A program made the position numbers and the translations under genes. A DNA stretch of 64,000 bases from Candidatus Poribacteria bacterium (GTDB lineage: Bacteria > Poribacteria > WGA-4E > GCA-2687025). The DNA is taken from NCBI GenBank assembly GCA_963665845.2, contig OY762492.1:1408001-1472000 (forward strand), in the 5' to 3' direction. The notes under the pieces are model-generated. The model had not been told where the DNA came from. It worked only from the letters and a program-made list of their open reading frames with translations, and ran no database searches. Each line of letters starts with the position of its first letter. Within the stretch, counting starts at the first letter, position 1. Below, piece by piece: positions 52,187 through 62,307 of the stretch.

Positions 52187-55021
52187 TTATCGGTCCCGTA
52201 TCGGCTCGGCGGGCGGTTTTGGAGAGAGGAGCCGCTGTCCGACCGGCAGCGGGAGCGCGCCTTCCCGCGGCATATCGTAATGCTCCCGTATCGCCTGCCG
52301 TTCTAGGTTCAGCTCTGGGGAGGCGCGCCGCGCGCCGCCTGTGATCGCCTGTTTCGATTCGTCCGCCTTGAACCGCCGATAATAGGACTGATGGAGCCGC
52401 GCCGTTTCCCTGTCGCCCATGCCTTGATAGGCGAGCATCAGGTTGTAATGCGCCGTCAAATTTTCAGGGTCGATGGCGAGCGTCCTGCGGTACACCTCCG
52501 CCGAGGCGTTAAAGTCGCGCATCAAAAAGCGCGTTCTGCCAAGCTGGTTCAGTACCTTCATATCGCGCGGATACTGGCGCAGCGCCGCTTCAAACGACTC
52601 GCGCGCCGTTTCAAAATCGCCCTGGCGCAGGGCGGCAAGACCCCAGAAGTAATGCCCCTTCGCGCGGTGCGGGTTGTCCGGCGGCGTTTGGTCCAACAAC
52701 GCTCTCGCCTGCGTTAAATATCTCTCCGCGGCTGTCCAGTCGCCCTCTTGGACGGCGGCGCGCGCCGCGTTGATCCATCCGTCCGGATAAGCGGGGTCCA
52801 TCCGCGTCACGTTTTCAAAAACGGCGCGCGCTCCTTTCAGGTCCGTTTGAAGCAGCAAGCCGATGCCGTAGTCGTTCCACCGCTCGCGCATTTCTTTGGT
52901 TTCAACCGTTCGCGGCGCCGGCTTCGGCGCGTCGGCGGGAAGTATCCGTATCTGAACCGAATCCTCCGCCAGGGCGACAGCGGGCAGGTTCGGTACGCTT
53001 TTAATAAACCCGGCGGGATTGTCGGCAAGGGCGTCAAAGCTCCAGACGCGGCTGTCATGATGGACGCTCACATCGCCGCTTTCGTCGGGCGCGCCGGCGT
53101 AAGAAAAGGCGGTGTTGTAGGCGTGAAATTTGCGGTACAGCAGGCGCGCCTTGAGCGTCAACGTATCGCCGCATTCTTCAGGTATGTTGAGGCGGAAATG
53201 CGCCGCGTCCGCCGCGCCGGGCGGGATGCCGCGGGCGTAAAGCAGCGCGCGCGCCGCCCATGCGTTCCGCTTGTTGATAAGATTCCCCTCGGCGTCCACC
53301 AGCGCCGCCCTGTAAAAATGCGCCCCTCGGTCGACCTGCCCGTCCGTCTCCAGCCCGCCTGACAGATAGATGAGCCGCCCGTTCTCATCCTCCGCCTTCA
53401 GCTCCAGCCAGACATCGAACGCGTCGAAGGTGCCGCCGGGGAAGCGGTGTCCAATCCCGCGCGTTCTCACGACGACGGAGACGCGCGCCGAATCGCCCCG
53501 CCGCAGAGCCGCGTTTGTCATGTCCAGCGGCGCCGTCAGTTGATCGACATCCGCCGCCCAGCCGCCGGCGGCGCCTTCCAGCAGCGTCGTCTCGTCCCCG
53601 GAGAGCGTGGCGGAACGCAGAGCGGACCTCCCGCTTTGCGCCGTTGACAAGGAGGCGTCGGCGGGCGGCTTTCCAGCCGTCATGGCGAAGATGTCGATCG
53701 TTACAGCGTTCGCTTTTAAAAAATCGACGGTCGCTTTCATCTGACCCTGTTTATTCCACACATGCGGCAGCGCCGTGTTCGCGCCGGGGAAGCGGTGCGA
53801 ATGGACATATCCGCCGATGTTGCCCGCGTCGTTGGACGGGACAAGCGGCATATGGCAGTCGGCGCATCCAGCGGGCGTCGGCGGATAATAAAACGAAAGC
53901 GCCCCCTGCCCAGAAACGCCGCTCGCCTGCCAAGCGCCGTATTCGTCAAACCCTCGCACCCAGCGGAACTTGTTGACAGGCTCGTCCAGATGCGCCTTGT
54001 GGCACGAGGAGCAGAATTCGGAGGTTTGCTCGGTATGAAACGTTTTCATGAACGCGGCTTTGTGCGGCTTCGGGTTCAGGCGGACGACGTAATCATGCAG
54101 GGCGCGCATGAGCGGGCTGTCCGAGTCGGCAAAGCGATGCATCGGCGGATACTCATACACCAGCGCGCCGTTGCCCATCGTGTTTTTAACGGCGGAGGCG
54201 GAATGGCACGCGACGCACCCCAGCCCCGCGTTCGATTCGGGCAGATCCAACTGCTCGGCGGCGGGCTTCGTCCACATGCCGGTCAAGAGCAAGGCGGGGT
54301 CATGACAGCCGGCGCACCATTTGGAGCTGTCCAGCTCGCCGTGCGTCTCCTGCATATACTCGATGGAGCGGCGGTACCACTGGTTGTTGAAGGAGGAGAA
54401 GCGGTGCATGGAGCCGCGCCACTGCTCAACGATGTCGGGATGGCATCCGCTGTCGCCGCACCGCTCGGAGCCTAAAAAGAAGTCGGACGGGATCGGTTTG
54501 CCGTCGGCGGTTTCAACGGCGGAGGGGAAGAACAGGCTTTGGTCGCCGAGGGAGTTTTCGCCCGCCATGTCGAGCGGAGGAAGAGGCGGGTTCACAATCT
54601 CGGCGGACGGATCGGGCAGCTGTTGAATGAAAAACGCGCCCGCCGCCAGCGCGGCGACCGCGCCCGCCGCCGCCCATTTTCCCTTCCCTGAAGCGGGCAG
54701 CAGCGCCGTTCCAACGCACATCAAGACGGCGTGTACGGCAACAAGCGCGCGAAGTTTGCCCGCTCCGCCGACGAAAAGCAGGGCGAGACCGAGCGCCGTT
54801 CCGACAAGCAGGCTTCCGCCGCATATTTTGGTTAAGGCGCCGCCTTCGCCCGCCTTGCCGCTGATTCGTTTCCATGACCAGCGCAGCAGAAACGGCGCCG
54901 CCACCAACCCGACAAGCGCATGCAAAACGACGTTGACAACATAAAAAAGAGAGGCGCCCGGCGCGGCGTATAGATACAGCCCGTTCGCCAAAAGAGCGGC
55001 AAGTACCAGCGTCCAAAACAT
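52187..55021 (-). CDS. Membrane-anchored multiheme cytochrome c with C-terminal TPR repeats
   Basis: About 5 N-terminal TMs; CAGCH, CVACH, CSSCH, CADCH plus atypical CGDSGCH; TPR helices. Confidence 0.88.
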   Translation of the reverse strand: MFWTLVLAALLANGLYLYAAPGASLFYVVNVVLHALVGLVAAPFLLRWSWKRISGKAGEGGALTKICGGSLLVGTALGLALLFVGGAGKLRALVAVHAVLMCVGTALLPASGKGKWAAAGAVAALAAGAFFIQQLPDPSAEIVNPPLPPLDMAGENSLGDQSLFFPSAVETADGKPIPSDFFLGSERCGDSGCHPDIVEQWRGSMHRFSSFNNQWYRRSIEYMQETHGELDSSKWCAGCHDPALLLTGMWTKPAAEQLDLPESNAGLGCVACHSASAVKNTMGNGALVYEYPPMHRFADSDSPLMRALHDYVVRLNPKPHKAAFMKTFHTEQTSEFCSSCHKAHLDEPVNKFRWVRGFDEYGAWQASGVSGQGALSFYYPPTPAGCADCHMPLVPSNDAGNIGGYVHSHRFPGANTALPHVWNKQGQMKATVDFLKANAVTIDIFAMTAGKPPADASLSTAQSGRSALRSATLSGDETTLLEGAAGGWAADVDQLTAPLDMTNAALRRGDSARVSVVVRTRGIGHRFPGGTFDAFDVWLELKAEDENGRLIYLSGGLETDGQVDRGAHFYRAALVDAEGNLINKRNAWAARALLYARGIPPGAADAAHFRLNIPEECGDTLTLKARLLYRKFHAYNTAFSYAGAPDESGDVSVHHDSRVWSFDALADNPAGFIKSVPNLPAVALAEDSVQIRILPADAPKPAPRTVETKEMRERWNDYGIGLLLQTDLKGARAVFENVTRMDPAYPDGWINAARAAVQEGDWTAAERYLTQARALLDQTPPDNPHRAKGHYFWGLAALRQGDFETARESFEAALRQYPRDMKVLNQLGRTRFLMRDFNASAEVYRRTLAIDPENLTAHYNLMLAYQGMGDRETARLHQSYYRRFKADESKQAITGGARRASPELNLERQAIREHYDMPREGALPLPVGQRLLSPKPPAEPIRDR

Positions 55022-55096
55022 ACGTCTAGGTTAAGGAAAATCGCAGGGCGGCGCAACGCTGCCCTCCAAATGGCAGTACGCTCATGCGATGATTAT

Positions 55097-55636
55097 GGTA
55101 GAATCCGATTTAAATTGGTTCAACAGGAGAATCGCAAATGGCCCGCCCACGCTCGTATCGTCACGACATTCGCTAAAAGCGCATGGCCAAAGCGATCTCG
55201 ATCGATGAGATGGTGACTTATCAGCGCGCCCGAAAGGGTCCTGGTCAGAAGAAGGTGTGGATTTGGACCGCGCTCATTGAATGGTTTGATGGGTCTCTGT
55301 CGTTCGATTTTGTCGTTGGAGATCGTACGGCGGAGACTTTTCAGAAGCTCATGGCTCGGTTGCCTGTGGCGGAGACGTATCATACGGATCGATATGGTGT
55401 GTATGATGCGTTTTCGCGTCGTCATCGTGTCGTCGGCAAGGGAGGAAAGGTGAACCGGAACGAGTCGCTTCATTCTCGCCTGCGCGAGAGCTTATACCGC
55501 TTTCGTCGGGGCGCCAAGGGCCTTACGCGGAGCCTCTGGATGCTTGAGGCTTCGATTGCTCTCGTCGCTGTCATGAAAGGGTTTTTTATGAATATCATCG
55601 CATGGAAGTACTCCCGCTTTTGAGGCGGTCTCTACA
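55097..55636 (+). mobile_element. Internally deleted IS1-family element (540 bp)
   Basis: Imperfect TIRs GGTAGAATCCGATTTAAA / reverse complement TGTAGAGACCGCCTCAAA; encloses an InsB-like DDE ORF; lower GC. Confidence 0.75.
55183..55623 (+). pseudogene. IS1-family transposase catalytic domain only
   Basis: IDEM..Y, WIW, VGDR, YHTD, RNE..H.RLR; upstream in-frame ATG 55138 is cut by TAA 55174; no InsA-like domain. Confidence 0.8.
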
Positions 55637-55720
55637 GACGATGACGTTACGAAAATCTTGTTTGAGTCGGGCTGCTCGTCCCCGCTTCCCCGCTCCTCCT
55701 TTAAAAGGCGGCGGTCGGCA

Positions 55721-56536
55721 TCAAGCGAGGCGGAGCGCCCGCAACGCGCGCGCGACGCCCTGTTCGCGGTTTGTCGGGGCGGTCAAGTCCGCCTTCGCCT
55801 TCAGCTCGTCCGGCGCGTCTCCCATTGCGATCGACATTCCCGCCGCGTCAAACATCGTCTCGTCGTTTTGCGCGTCCCCGAAGGCGAGTATGTTCTCCGT
55901 CCGTATGTTTAAACGGCGCGCCAGGGTTCTCAAGGCGCGCCCTTTCTGCGCCTGCGGATGCATGAACTCCACATACTCCGGCATCGTGTTGGCGATGTAG
56001 AGCCGTCCGCCGAACTTTTGACGCAGCTCGCGCACAAGGCGCAGCGGACGGGGCGGCTCGCAGATCAGGATGATCTTCGTCGGAGGCTCCTCCGGCGGCG
56101 GACTCTCCGTCTCGCCGACAAGCCCCGTGCGCCGCTCGTAGAGGCGCAGCCAGTCGTTGCGTTCGGGCGCGTAAAACCGCCCGCTGTGGAACCGGTGCCA
56201 GTGCAGCCTTTCCGCTTCGGCGAAACGGACAACCTCCTCCGCCTCTTTGAGCGGCACGGGCGTATGCAACAAGGTCTCGCCCGTAAGCGGATCCCACACC
56301 AACGCGCCGTTATACGCGATGAGCGGCGTGTCCAGCTTCAGTTGGCGGTGGAACGGCAGCAGGCTCTCCTTCGCGCGCCCCGACGCGAGCGCGAGCCGTA
56401 TGCCTTTCTCTTGAAGCGAGCGCGCCGCCTCCACCGTCTCCGCGTCCAGCTGAAAATGCTCATTCAGCAGCGTTCCGTCCATGTCCGCGGCGACCAGATC
56501 AATGCGCCTGTTGAGCGGCGGGTATTGAAGCGGCAT
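55721..56536 (-). CDS. Cof-type HAD-IIB hydrolase
   Basis: DMDGTLL, ASGR, YNGA, AFGDAQND. Confidence 0.93.
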   Translation of the reverse strand: MPLQYPPLNRRIDLVAADMDGTLLNEHFQLDAETVEAARSLQEKGIRLALASGRAKESLLPFHRQLKLDTPLIAYNGALVWDPLTGETLLHTPVPLKEAEEVVRFAEAERLHWHRFHSGRFYAPERNDWLRLYERRTGLVGETESPPPEEPPTKIILICEPPRPLRLVRELRQKFGGRLYIANTMPEYVEFMHPQAQKGRALRTLARRLNIRTENILAFGDAQNDETMFDAAGMSIAMGDAPDELKAKADLTAPTNREQGVARALRALRLA

Positions 56537-56540
56537 CTCT

Positions 56541-58082
56541 TTAAACGCCCTTAAAAGCGGCGCTTCGATTCTGGCTGACGGACGGATGGACGGAGCCTGG
56601 ATAGGAGTCTTTGTCCTCGTCGTCGGAGCCGTGCTGCCGCTCCTGATAAAACGGATACCCGTCGCCGTCCTCATCCTGTTCAAAGCGGTTCACTTTTCGC
56701 TTCGCCTCTCGATGAAACTTGTCAACTGTTCCGAATCCGAAGCGCGCCGCCGCTTTATACTCTTGATACGCCAGCTCATATTCGCCGACCGCCTCATAAC
56801 AGGCGGCGCGGTTGTAGATCGCTTGGCTGCGCCTGGTTGACTGCGGGTAGTCTCTCACCGCCGCTGCGTAGGCGTCCAGCGCTTTTAGATAGTCGCCGTT
56901 GTGTTGATGGATCCGTCCAATATGAAAGGCGGCTTCGCCCGCTGCGGCAAGCATTTCCTTCGGGTCATACCCCATGATTTTTGGATAGAGTCTGTCGGCT
57001 TTGCTTGCGGCAAGCATTTTCTTGTGATCCCGCATGATGCTTTGATAGAGTTTAATGGCTTCGATTTGGTTCGACAGCGGCGGACTTTCCCAAATGCGCG
57101 CGGCGCGGAGGTCGGATTGCGCCTCTTGCTTCGGCGTCATATTCTGACCGAAGCGGCGGCTAAGATCGTTGATGGTCCCAAGCGACTCGTAGATGCTCCA
57201 TAGAAGCGACATTCCCGCTTTCGCTTGCTCAGACTGCCGGTACTCTTTCCTCAGCTGGACGAAGATTTCCATTCCGCCGGTGTAGTCGAAGTACTCGTAG
57301 CAGTAGATGTATCCGATATTGAACTGCGCCTCCGCCGCTTTTCGATAAAAAATGTCGTGCGCTTCTTTGGAGCGTTCATTGGCGATCCGCGTCAGCCGTT
57401 CATATTCGAGGATTGCCGCCTTGTAATCGTCGAGCGACTCATAGGACGCCGCGAGCGACAGGAGAGCGTCCAGCGCCTTTTCCCACTGCTCATCCGAGGC
57501 GCCGTCGGGCGTGTTGTCGAAGACGGCGCGGTGGCGCTGGATCGCTTCTCGGTTCGCTTGAATTGCGTCTTTTTCGCGTTGGGCGCGGGCGGCGAGATAC
57601 GCGCTTGGGCTGTTCTTGATCACATCGTCCAGCAGCTGCGCCGCTTTGTCGTAGTTGGCGCCGCCGGGGACGACCAGCTCCTTCTGAAGCTGCGCCGCGG
57701 CGATTCGCGCCCTGTCTATATGCTTGGAGCCTTCTTTGGAGTCGGCGATGACCGCCGTATACTGCTCATACGCCGCTGTCAGACCTTCTCGGCGCTCCGC
57801 AATGAATTCGGAGTCTTCGATGTGGGCGACAAGCTTCCTATACTGCATATACGCTTCATACACCGCCGGATTTTCCCGGAGCGTTTCAAGGTCTTTCAGC
57901 TCGCGCGCCTGCTGCTCCGCTTGCTGCGCCTTTGAAAACGCAAGCGTCTGATCGGGCCATTGCTTCAGAACAAGAACCGCGCTGGAACATCCAGCCGCCG
58001 CCGTAAACCCAACGGCTAACAGCGCCGCGCCGAACGTTTTGCCGTAAAGCGTCCAGCGCTTCAGAAGCGAACAGGCGGTCAT
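56541..58082 (-). CDS. TPR lipoprotein (paralog 2)
   Basis: Lipobox-like AAGC, TPR repeats, C-terminal DEDGDG motif. Confidence 0.85.
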   Translation of the reverse strand: MTACSLLKRWTLYGKTFGAALLAVGFTAAAGCSSAVLVLKQWPDQTLAFSKAQQAEQQARELKDLETLRENPAVYEAYMQYRKLVAHIEDSEFIAERREGLTAAYEQYTAVIADSKEGSKHIDRARIAAAQLQKELVVPGGANYDKAAQLLDDVIKNSPSAYLAARAQREKDAIQANREAIQRHRAVFDNTPDGASDEQWEKALDALLSLAASYESLDDYKAAILEYERLTRIANERSKEAHDIFYRKAAEAQFNIGYIYCYEYFDYTGGMEIFVQLRKEYRQSEQAKAGMSLLWSIYESLGTINDLSRRFGQNMTPKQEAQSDLRAARIWESPPLSNQIEAIKLYQSIMRDHKKMLAASKADRLYPKIMGYDPKEMLAAAGEAAFHIGRIHQHNGDYLKALDAYAAAVRDYPQSTRRSQAIYNRAACYEAVGEYELAYQEYKAAARFGFGTVDKFHREAKRKVNRFEQDEDGDGYPFYQERQHGSDDEDKDSYPGSVHPSVSQNRSAAFKGV

Positions 58083-58178
58083 GGCGTCTCCTTTGCCGCG
58101 GGGCGCTTTCTGCTCGGTTGAAGCGGGCGCGCCGCCGCGGCGTTTCCGTTCATGGCCGCGGCGGTCTGCGCTGCCGCT

Positions 58179-59660
58179 TTACTGCGCGTCGGCGAGATCG
58201 TCGTCAGCCGGCTCCTCGCTTTGCGGTTTGACGGAGCCGGGGTAGGAGTCCTTGTCGCGGTCGGAGGAGCCGTGCTGCTGCTCCTGATAGAACTTGTACC
58301 CGTCGCCGTCCTCGTCGCGTTCAAACTGCCGAATCTTCTGCTCTGCGGCGCGGAAGAATGTGTTGTCGGTGCCGAAGCCCGCCGCCGCCTTATACTCCCT
58401 GTAAGCCCGCTCAAACTCCCGGATCGTTTCAAGACAGACGGCGCGGTTGTAAATTGCCTGGTCATGCCAGATCGAATGGGAGAACCGGTCGAACATTTCC
58501 TCGTAAGCGTCCAGCGCTTTCAGATAGTCGCCGTTGTCCTGGTAGAGGCGCCCGATCTGAAAAGCGGCGTCGCCCGCGACGAACGACTCTGACCAGAGCT
58601 GATTCGTGATCGCCTTGTAGTTTTCAACGGCGTACAGTCGGTTCACCAGCGGCGGCTTTTCCCAGAGGCGCGCGCACCGCAGATACGCCTGCGCGGCTTG
58701 CTCGCCGGCGGCGCCAAAGATCTCATACGGCGTCACATCGCGTCCAGATTTGAGGTAGTCCAGCGCTTTTTTGTTGGCGACCGTCTGGATGTAATCCTGC
58801 TCCTCTTTGATCGCCTGAAGCGCTTTGGCGGCGTCTCGAAGGAGCGACTCCGCCTCTTTTGCCTGGTCAGACAGCGGGTAATCTTCTCTCAGTTTGATGA
58901 ACTTCGGCCATCCGCCTGTGTAGTCGAAGTAACGGTAGAAGTACACGTTTCCGATCTTGAACTGCGCCTCCGCCGCTTTTTTGTAAAAGATGTCGTTCGC
59001 CTCTTTCGAGCGGCTGTTTGCAATCTGCATGATCCGCTCATACTCGGCGATGGCCGTATTGTAATCGCCCAGCGATTCATACGAATCTGCCAGCGATAAA
59101 ATCGCGTCCAGCGTTTCCGCCCACTGCTCATCCGAGGCGTCTTCGGGCGTGTTGTCGATCCTGGTACGCGCCGTCTGGATCGCCTCCCTGTTCGCCTTGA
59201 CGGCCGCTTTTTCGCTTCTCGCGCGGGCGGCGAGATAGCCGGTCGGGTTGGACGCAATCACATCGTCCAGCAGCTGCGTCGCTCGGTCGTAGTTGGCGCC
59301 GCCTGGGACGACCAGCTCTTTCTGCAGCTGGGCGGCTGCAAACCGCGCTCTGTCGAGAAACTTGGATTTTTCGCCGGCGTTGGCGATGATCTCGATGTAC
59401 TTGTTGTACACCTTTTCGAGAGCCTCCCTGCGCGCCTCAGGGTCGGGCAGCTTCCGCGCCGCCTCCTCGTCCTGCTGCGCGTTTGAAAACGGAAGCGCCT
59501 GACCCCCGGCAAGCGTATTGAGCGCGCTGGAACATCCAGACGCCAGCAATACCGCGGAGGCGGCTGTAACAACGAAAACAAACCGTAGAGCCGTTGCGCC
59601 GTAGCGAGATGCGAAGCCGTGAAACGAACGAGCGGGCATTGAAATCTCCTTTACCGCCAT
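58179..59660 (-). CDS. TPR lipoprotein (paralog 1)
   Basis: Lipobox-like ASGC, TPR repeats, C-terminal DEDGDG motif. Confidence 0.88.
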   Translation of the reverse strand: MAVKEISMPARSFHGFASRYGATALRFVFVVTAASAVLLASGCSSALNTLAGGQALPFSNAQQDEEAARKLPDPEARREALEKVYNKYIEIIANAGEKSKFLDRARFAAAQLQKELVVPGGANYDRATQLLDDVIASNPTGYLAARARSEKAAVKANREAIQTARTRIDNTPEDASDEQWAETLDAILSLADSYESLGDYNTAIAEYERIMQIANSRSKEANDIFYKKAAEAQFKIGNVYFYRYFDYTGGWPKFIKLREDYPLSDQAKEAESLLRDAAKALQAIKEEQDYIQTVANKKALDYLKSGRDVTPYEIFGAAGEQAAQAYLRCARLWEKPPLVNRLYAVENYKAITNQLWSESFVAGDAAFQIGRLYQDNGDYLKALDAYEEMFDRFSHSIWHDQAIYNRAVCLETIREFERAYREYKAAAGFGTDNTFFRAAEQKIRQFERDEDGDGYKFYQEQQHGSSDRDKDSYPGSVKPQSEEPADDDLADAQ

Positions 59661-59780
59661 GAATTCAACCAGACCTTCTCGCTTCAGTGGGGCGTCCTGC
59701 GAACGGATGCGTCCGTTCGTCTGCCGAACGGTCCCGACTCAAGCGGCAAGGCGCGCACAACGCGTCGCGTCATCATAACG

Positions 59781-60743
59781 CTATTCTTTTTTAAAGACAA
59801 CCGTTATTTCGCCGCTCTGCGTTTTCTGATCGGCGTCGCCGGGAAGCGGCGCAAACCGCAACTTTAGAACCCACTCCTTCGCAAGCTGGTCCAGCTGCGG
59901 GCTGCCGGCTTTCTCCTTGACGAGCACATTGTACACATGTCCGTTCGGCTTCACCTCAAACTGCAGCTTGACGGTTCCGCCTTGGGAGCCTTCGCCGCTG
60001 GGCGGGTCGGGGACGCTGTTCAACGCGCGTCCGCTCACTTCGCCTTCCAGATTGGCGCCTTCGGGCAGCGCCGCCGCGCTTGTATCCGTTCCGCTTGACC
60101 CTGGCGGCGCCGCGGCGCGCGTCGTTCCAGGGGTCGGCGCGATGGGCGCAAGGTTAGGCGACTCGCCGACGCGCGAACGGTAGGTCGGAAGCGGAGCCTC
60201 TTCGCCAAGCCGAGGCGTCAACGTTCCGCTCGGCTCCGCGGCAAGCGCGGTGTCCCCGGGGTCGCCCTGGCGCTGCCGTTGTATCTGTTCAGCCGAACCG
60301 CCCCCAACACGCCCGGCGTTCGGCGCCAGCAGGCGCCTCGTATCGCTCATCGACGCGCGCGCGGCGGACTGAAGCAGCTGCGACGTCATCGTATCGCGCC
60401 GCGCATGTTTCGGAAGCTCCGCCGGCGTCGTCTCCGTCTTTGGGGGCTGAACATACATCGGCTCCGCCTGCGCCATGACCGGCAACGGCTCCTGCTCCTT
60501 CTTTTCAGGCGGCTCATACAGAAACAGGTCCACCTGCAAGGGGGGAGTCTCGGTTTCCGGAAGCGGAGCCTCCGGCGGCGCCACCGCCAGCCCTAGCCCC
60601 GCAATGAAAAACACATGCGCCGCCAGCGTCCACTTGATCGACCGCTCCGAAATCTTCAAATGCCGAAGCGCCGGCACAAGGCATACCGCCACCGCCGCCA
60701 GCCCCGCCGCTATCAAAAGCAATCGTACCGTCCATTCGCCCAT
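59781..60743 (-). CDS. TonB-family energy transducer
   Basis: N-terminal TMs with His, Pro-rich linker, G.VKLQFEV.PNG.V...SPQLD..A...LRF.P TonB_C domain. Confidence 0.85.
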   Translation of the reverse strand: MGEWTVRLLLIAAGLAAVAVCLVPALRHLKISERSIKWTLAAHVFFIAGLGLAVAPPEAPLPETETPPLQVDLFLYEPPEKKEQEPLPVMAQAEPMYVQPPKTETTPAELPKHARRDTMTSQLLQSAARASMSDTRRLLAPNAGRVGGGSAEQIQRQRQGDPGDTALAAEPSGTLTPRLGEEAPLPTYRSRVGESPNLAPIAPTPGTTRAAAPPGSSGTDTSAAALPEGANLEGEVSGRALNSVPDPPSGEGSQGGTVKLQFEVKPNGHVYNVLVKEKAGSPQLDQLAKEWVLKLRFAPLPGDADQKTQSGEITVVFKKE

Positions 60744-60968
60744 CGTTCCGCCTTTCTGCTGCGCCTCCGCCTCGTCGTCATTCCCGCGTAAGTGGTTATC
60801 TTTACGTCATTCCCGCGTAAGCGGGAATCTTAAAGACACATCTGCTCAATCAAGCGCCATCGCCGAAAACAGCGCCGTTTGCGCTCGCTGCCCAATGCAG
60901 GTTCCCCGCAATGCCGCTTCTTATGTATACGTTCTATTGAGCGTATTGGTTGACGCAAAACGCCGTTT

Positions 60969-61742
60969 TTACCGCTTCAACGCCGCCCATGCGGTTGCCG
61001 TTTTGCCTTTCGGGTTGACCGAAAACGGCGTGTGGTCAAAAGAGAGCGTGCCGAACAGGTCGGCGTTTTTGCTCGCTCCAATGCCAGACGACCACTCAAG
61101 CCAGCCGAGGCGGTCGGCGCCGTCGTTCGCGTTCACCATGTCGGAGTATCCGATGACGGCGTCGCGGTTGCCGCTGATGTATTCGGAGAGGGTCGCGTTC
61201 GGTTTATGCATGCGCAGGACGACGGCGCATTCGTAGTAGGTTTTCTTTGCCGCTTCGTCGCGGACGATCTTCATGTTGACGAAGTCGATGTTGCCGGCGC
61301 TTGACCAGGCATGCGTCAGTATGTTGCCGTCTTGGAGCGCATACCCCCATTCGATGTCGTCCGGCGAGGCGGGATCGCTGTCGTATTCTAGGTCGACGCG
61401 ATGCTGCGGCGAGTCGCCTTTCCATAGGTTCACGGGTCCGTCCACAACAGCGGCGGGGACGGCATGCGTGTTGTCGTCCACTTCGATGGCCGTATAAAGG
61501 TAGTCGTCGTCCCAGAGGACGGCGGATTTTGCGGCGAAGCCGTCGGGTTCTGCGCCGCCCGCAAAGACCTCCATCGTCTGCCAGTCGGCGGCTTGCCATA
61601 CAGGGTCGCTAAGGTCGCCGTCAACGATGGGCGTTCCAAAGTTGGCGACTCGGTTGTAATCAGGGTCGACGGCGCCGGCGGCTGCCGCAATCAGAAAAGC
61701 CGCGGCGAACGCTGCAAACGCTCTTTTTCGGTGGAATAACAT
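60969..61742 (-). CDS. Secreted CBM9/DOMON-like sugar-binding protein with C-terminal SVNPKGK....WAALK motif
   Basis: Signal peptide; PIVDGDLSD..W, LWDDDYLY.AIEV.D, W.GDS. Confidence 0.8.
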   Translation of the reverse strand: MLFHRKRAFAAFAAAFLIAAAAGAVDPDYNRVANFGTPIVDGDLSDPVWQAADWQTMEVFAGGAEPDGFAAKSAVLWDDDYLYTAIEVDDNTHAVPAAVVDGPVNLWKGDSPQHRVDLEYDSDPASPDDIEWGYALQDGNILTHAWSSAGNIDFVNMKIVRDEAAKKTYYECAVVLRMHKPNATLSEYISGNRDAVIGYSDMVNANDGADRLGWLEWSSGIGASKNADLFGTLSFDHTPFSVNPKGKTATAWAALKR

Positions 61743-61820
61743 GACGATTCCTTGTCTAAAATGGTCTGGATCCGCTATAAAGGATGCCATGAACGCTGCG
61801 GCCGTTCAAGCGCCGTCACT

Positions 61821-62227
61821 CTGACCTCGCGTCTTTAGTTGGGACATTCTGCTTGGCGAACGCGGACGTCTTCTGAGGCGCCTCTATATTCCCACTTACG
61901 CGGGAATGCATGTCCTCGCGGAAGCGGGGAACGGTCTGGTTGGCGGCGCCTTTTTCCCATGAATAGAGCGATCGTCGGTTCAAATGTCCCAACTTCATGC
62001 ATGAGGTCAGCCGCCACTCTGACCTCGCGTCTTAGTTGGGTCTTTCTGCTTGGCGAACGCGGACGTCGTCTGCGGCGCCTCTAGATTCCCGCTTACGCGG
62101 GAATGACGGCAACTTGCGCGGGAATGACGGCAACTTGCGCGGGAATGACGGCAACTTGCGCGGCAGCTTTCCCGCTGTTCATCGCGGTTCTTTTGTCATG
62201 ACGCCCTAACTTTACGCATGAGGTTGG
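61821..62227. mobile_element. Two tandem MITE-like copies (61821-62010 and 62019-about 62227)
   Basis: First copy TIRs match 22/28 (CTGACCTC...AGTTGGGACATT); second copy contains a 21-bp repeat x3 at 62096-62158. Confidence 0.75.
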
Positions 62228-62236
62228 GATGCGCAT

Positions 62237-62265
62237 TTGAAAAAGCGGCTTGCATTCGCTATCAT
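62237..62265 (+). promoter_or_regulatory. Putative sigma70 promoter of sdhA
   Basis: TTGAAA-17 nt-TATCAT. Confidence 0.55.
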
Positions 62266-62307
62266 ATCGACAACGTAGGCAGCGGCATTTCACATTAAGG
62301 GTCTCGC

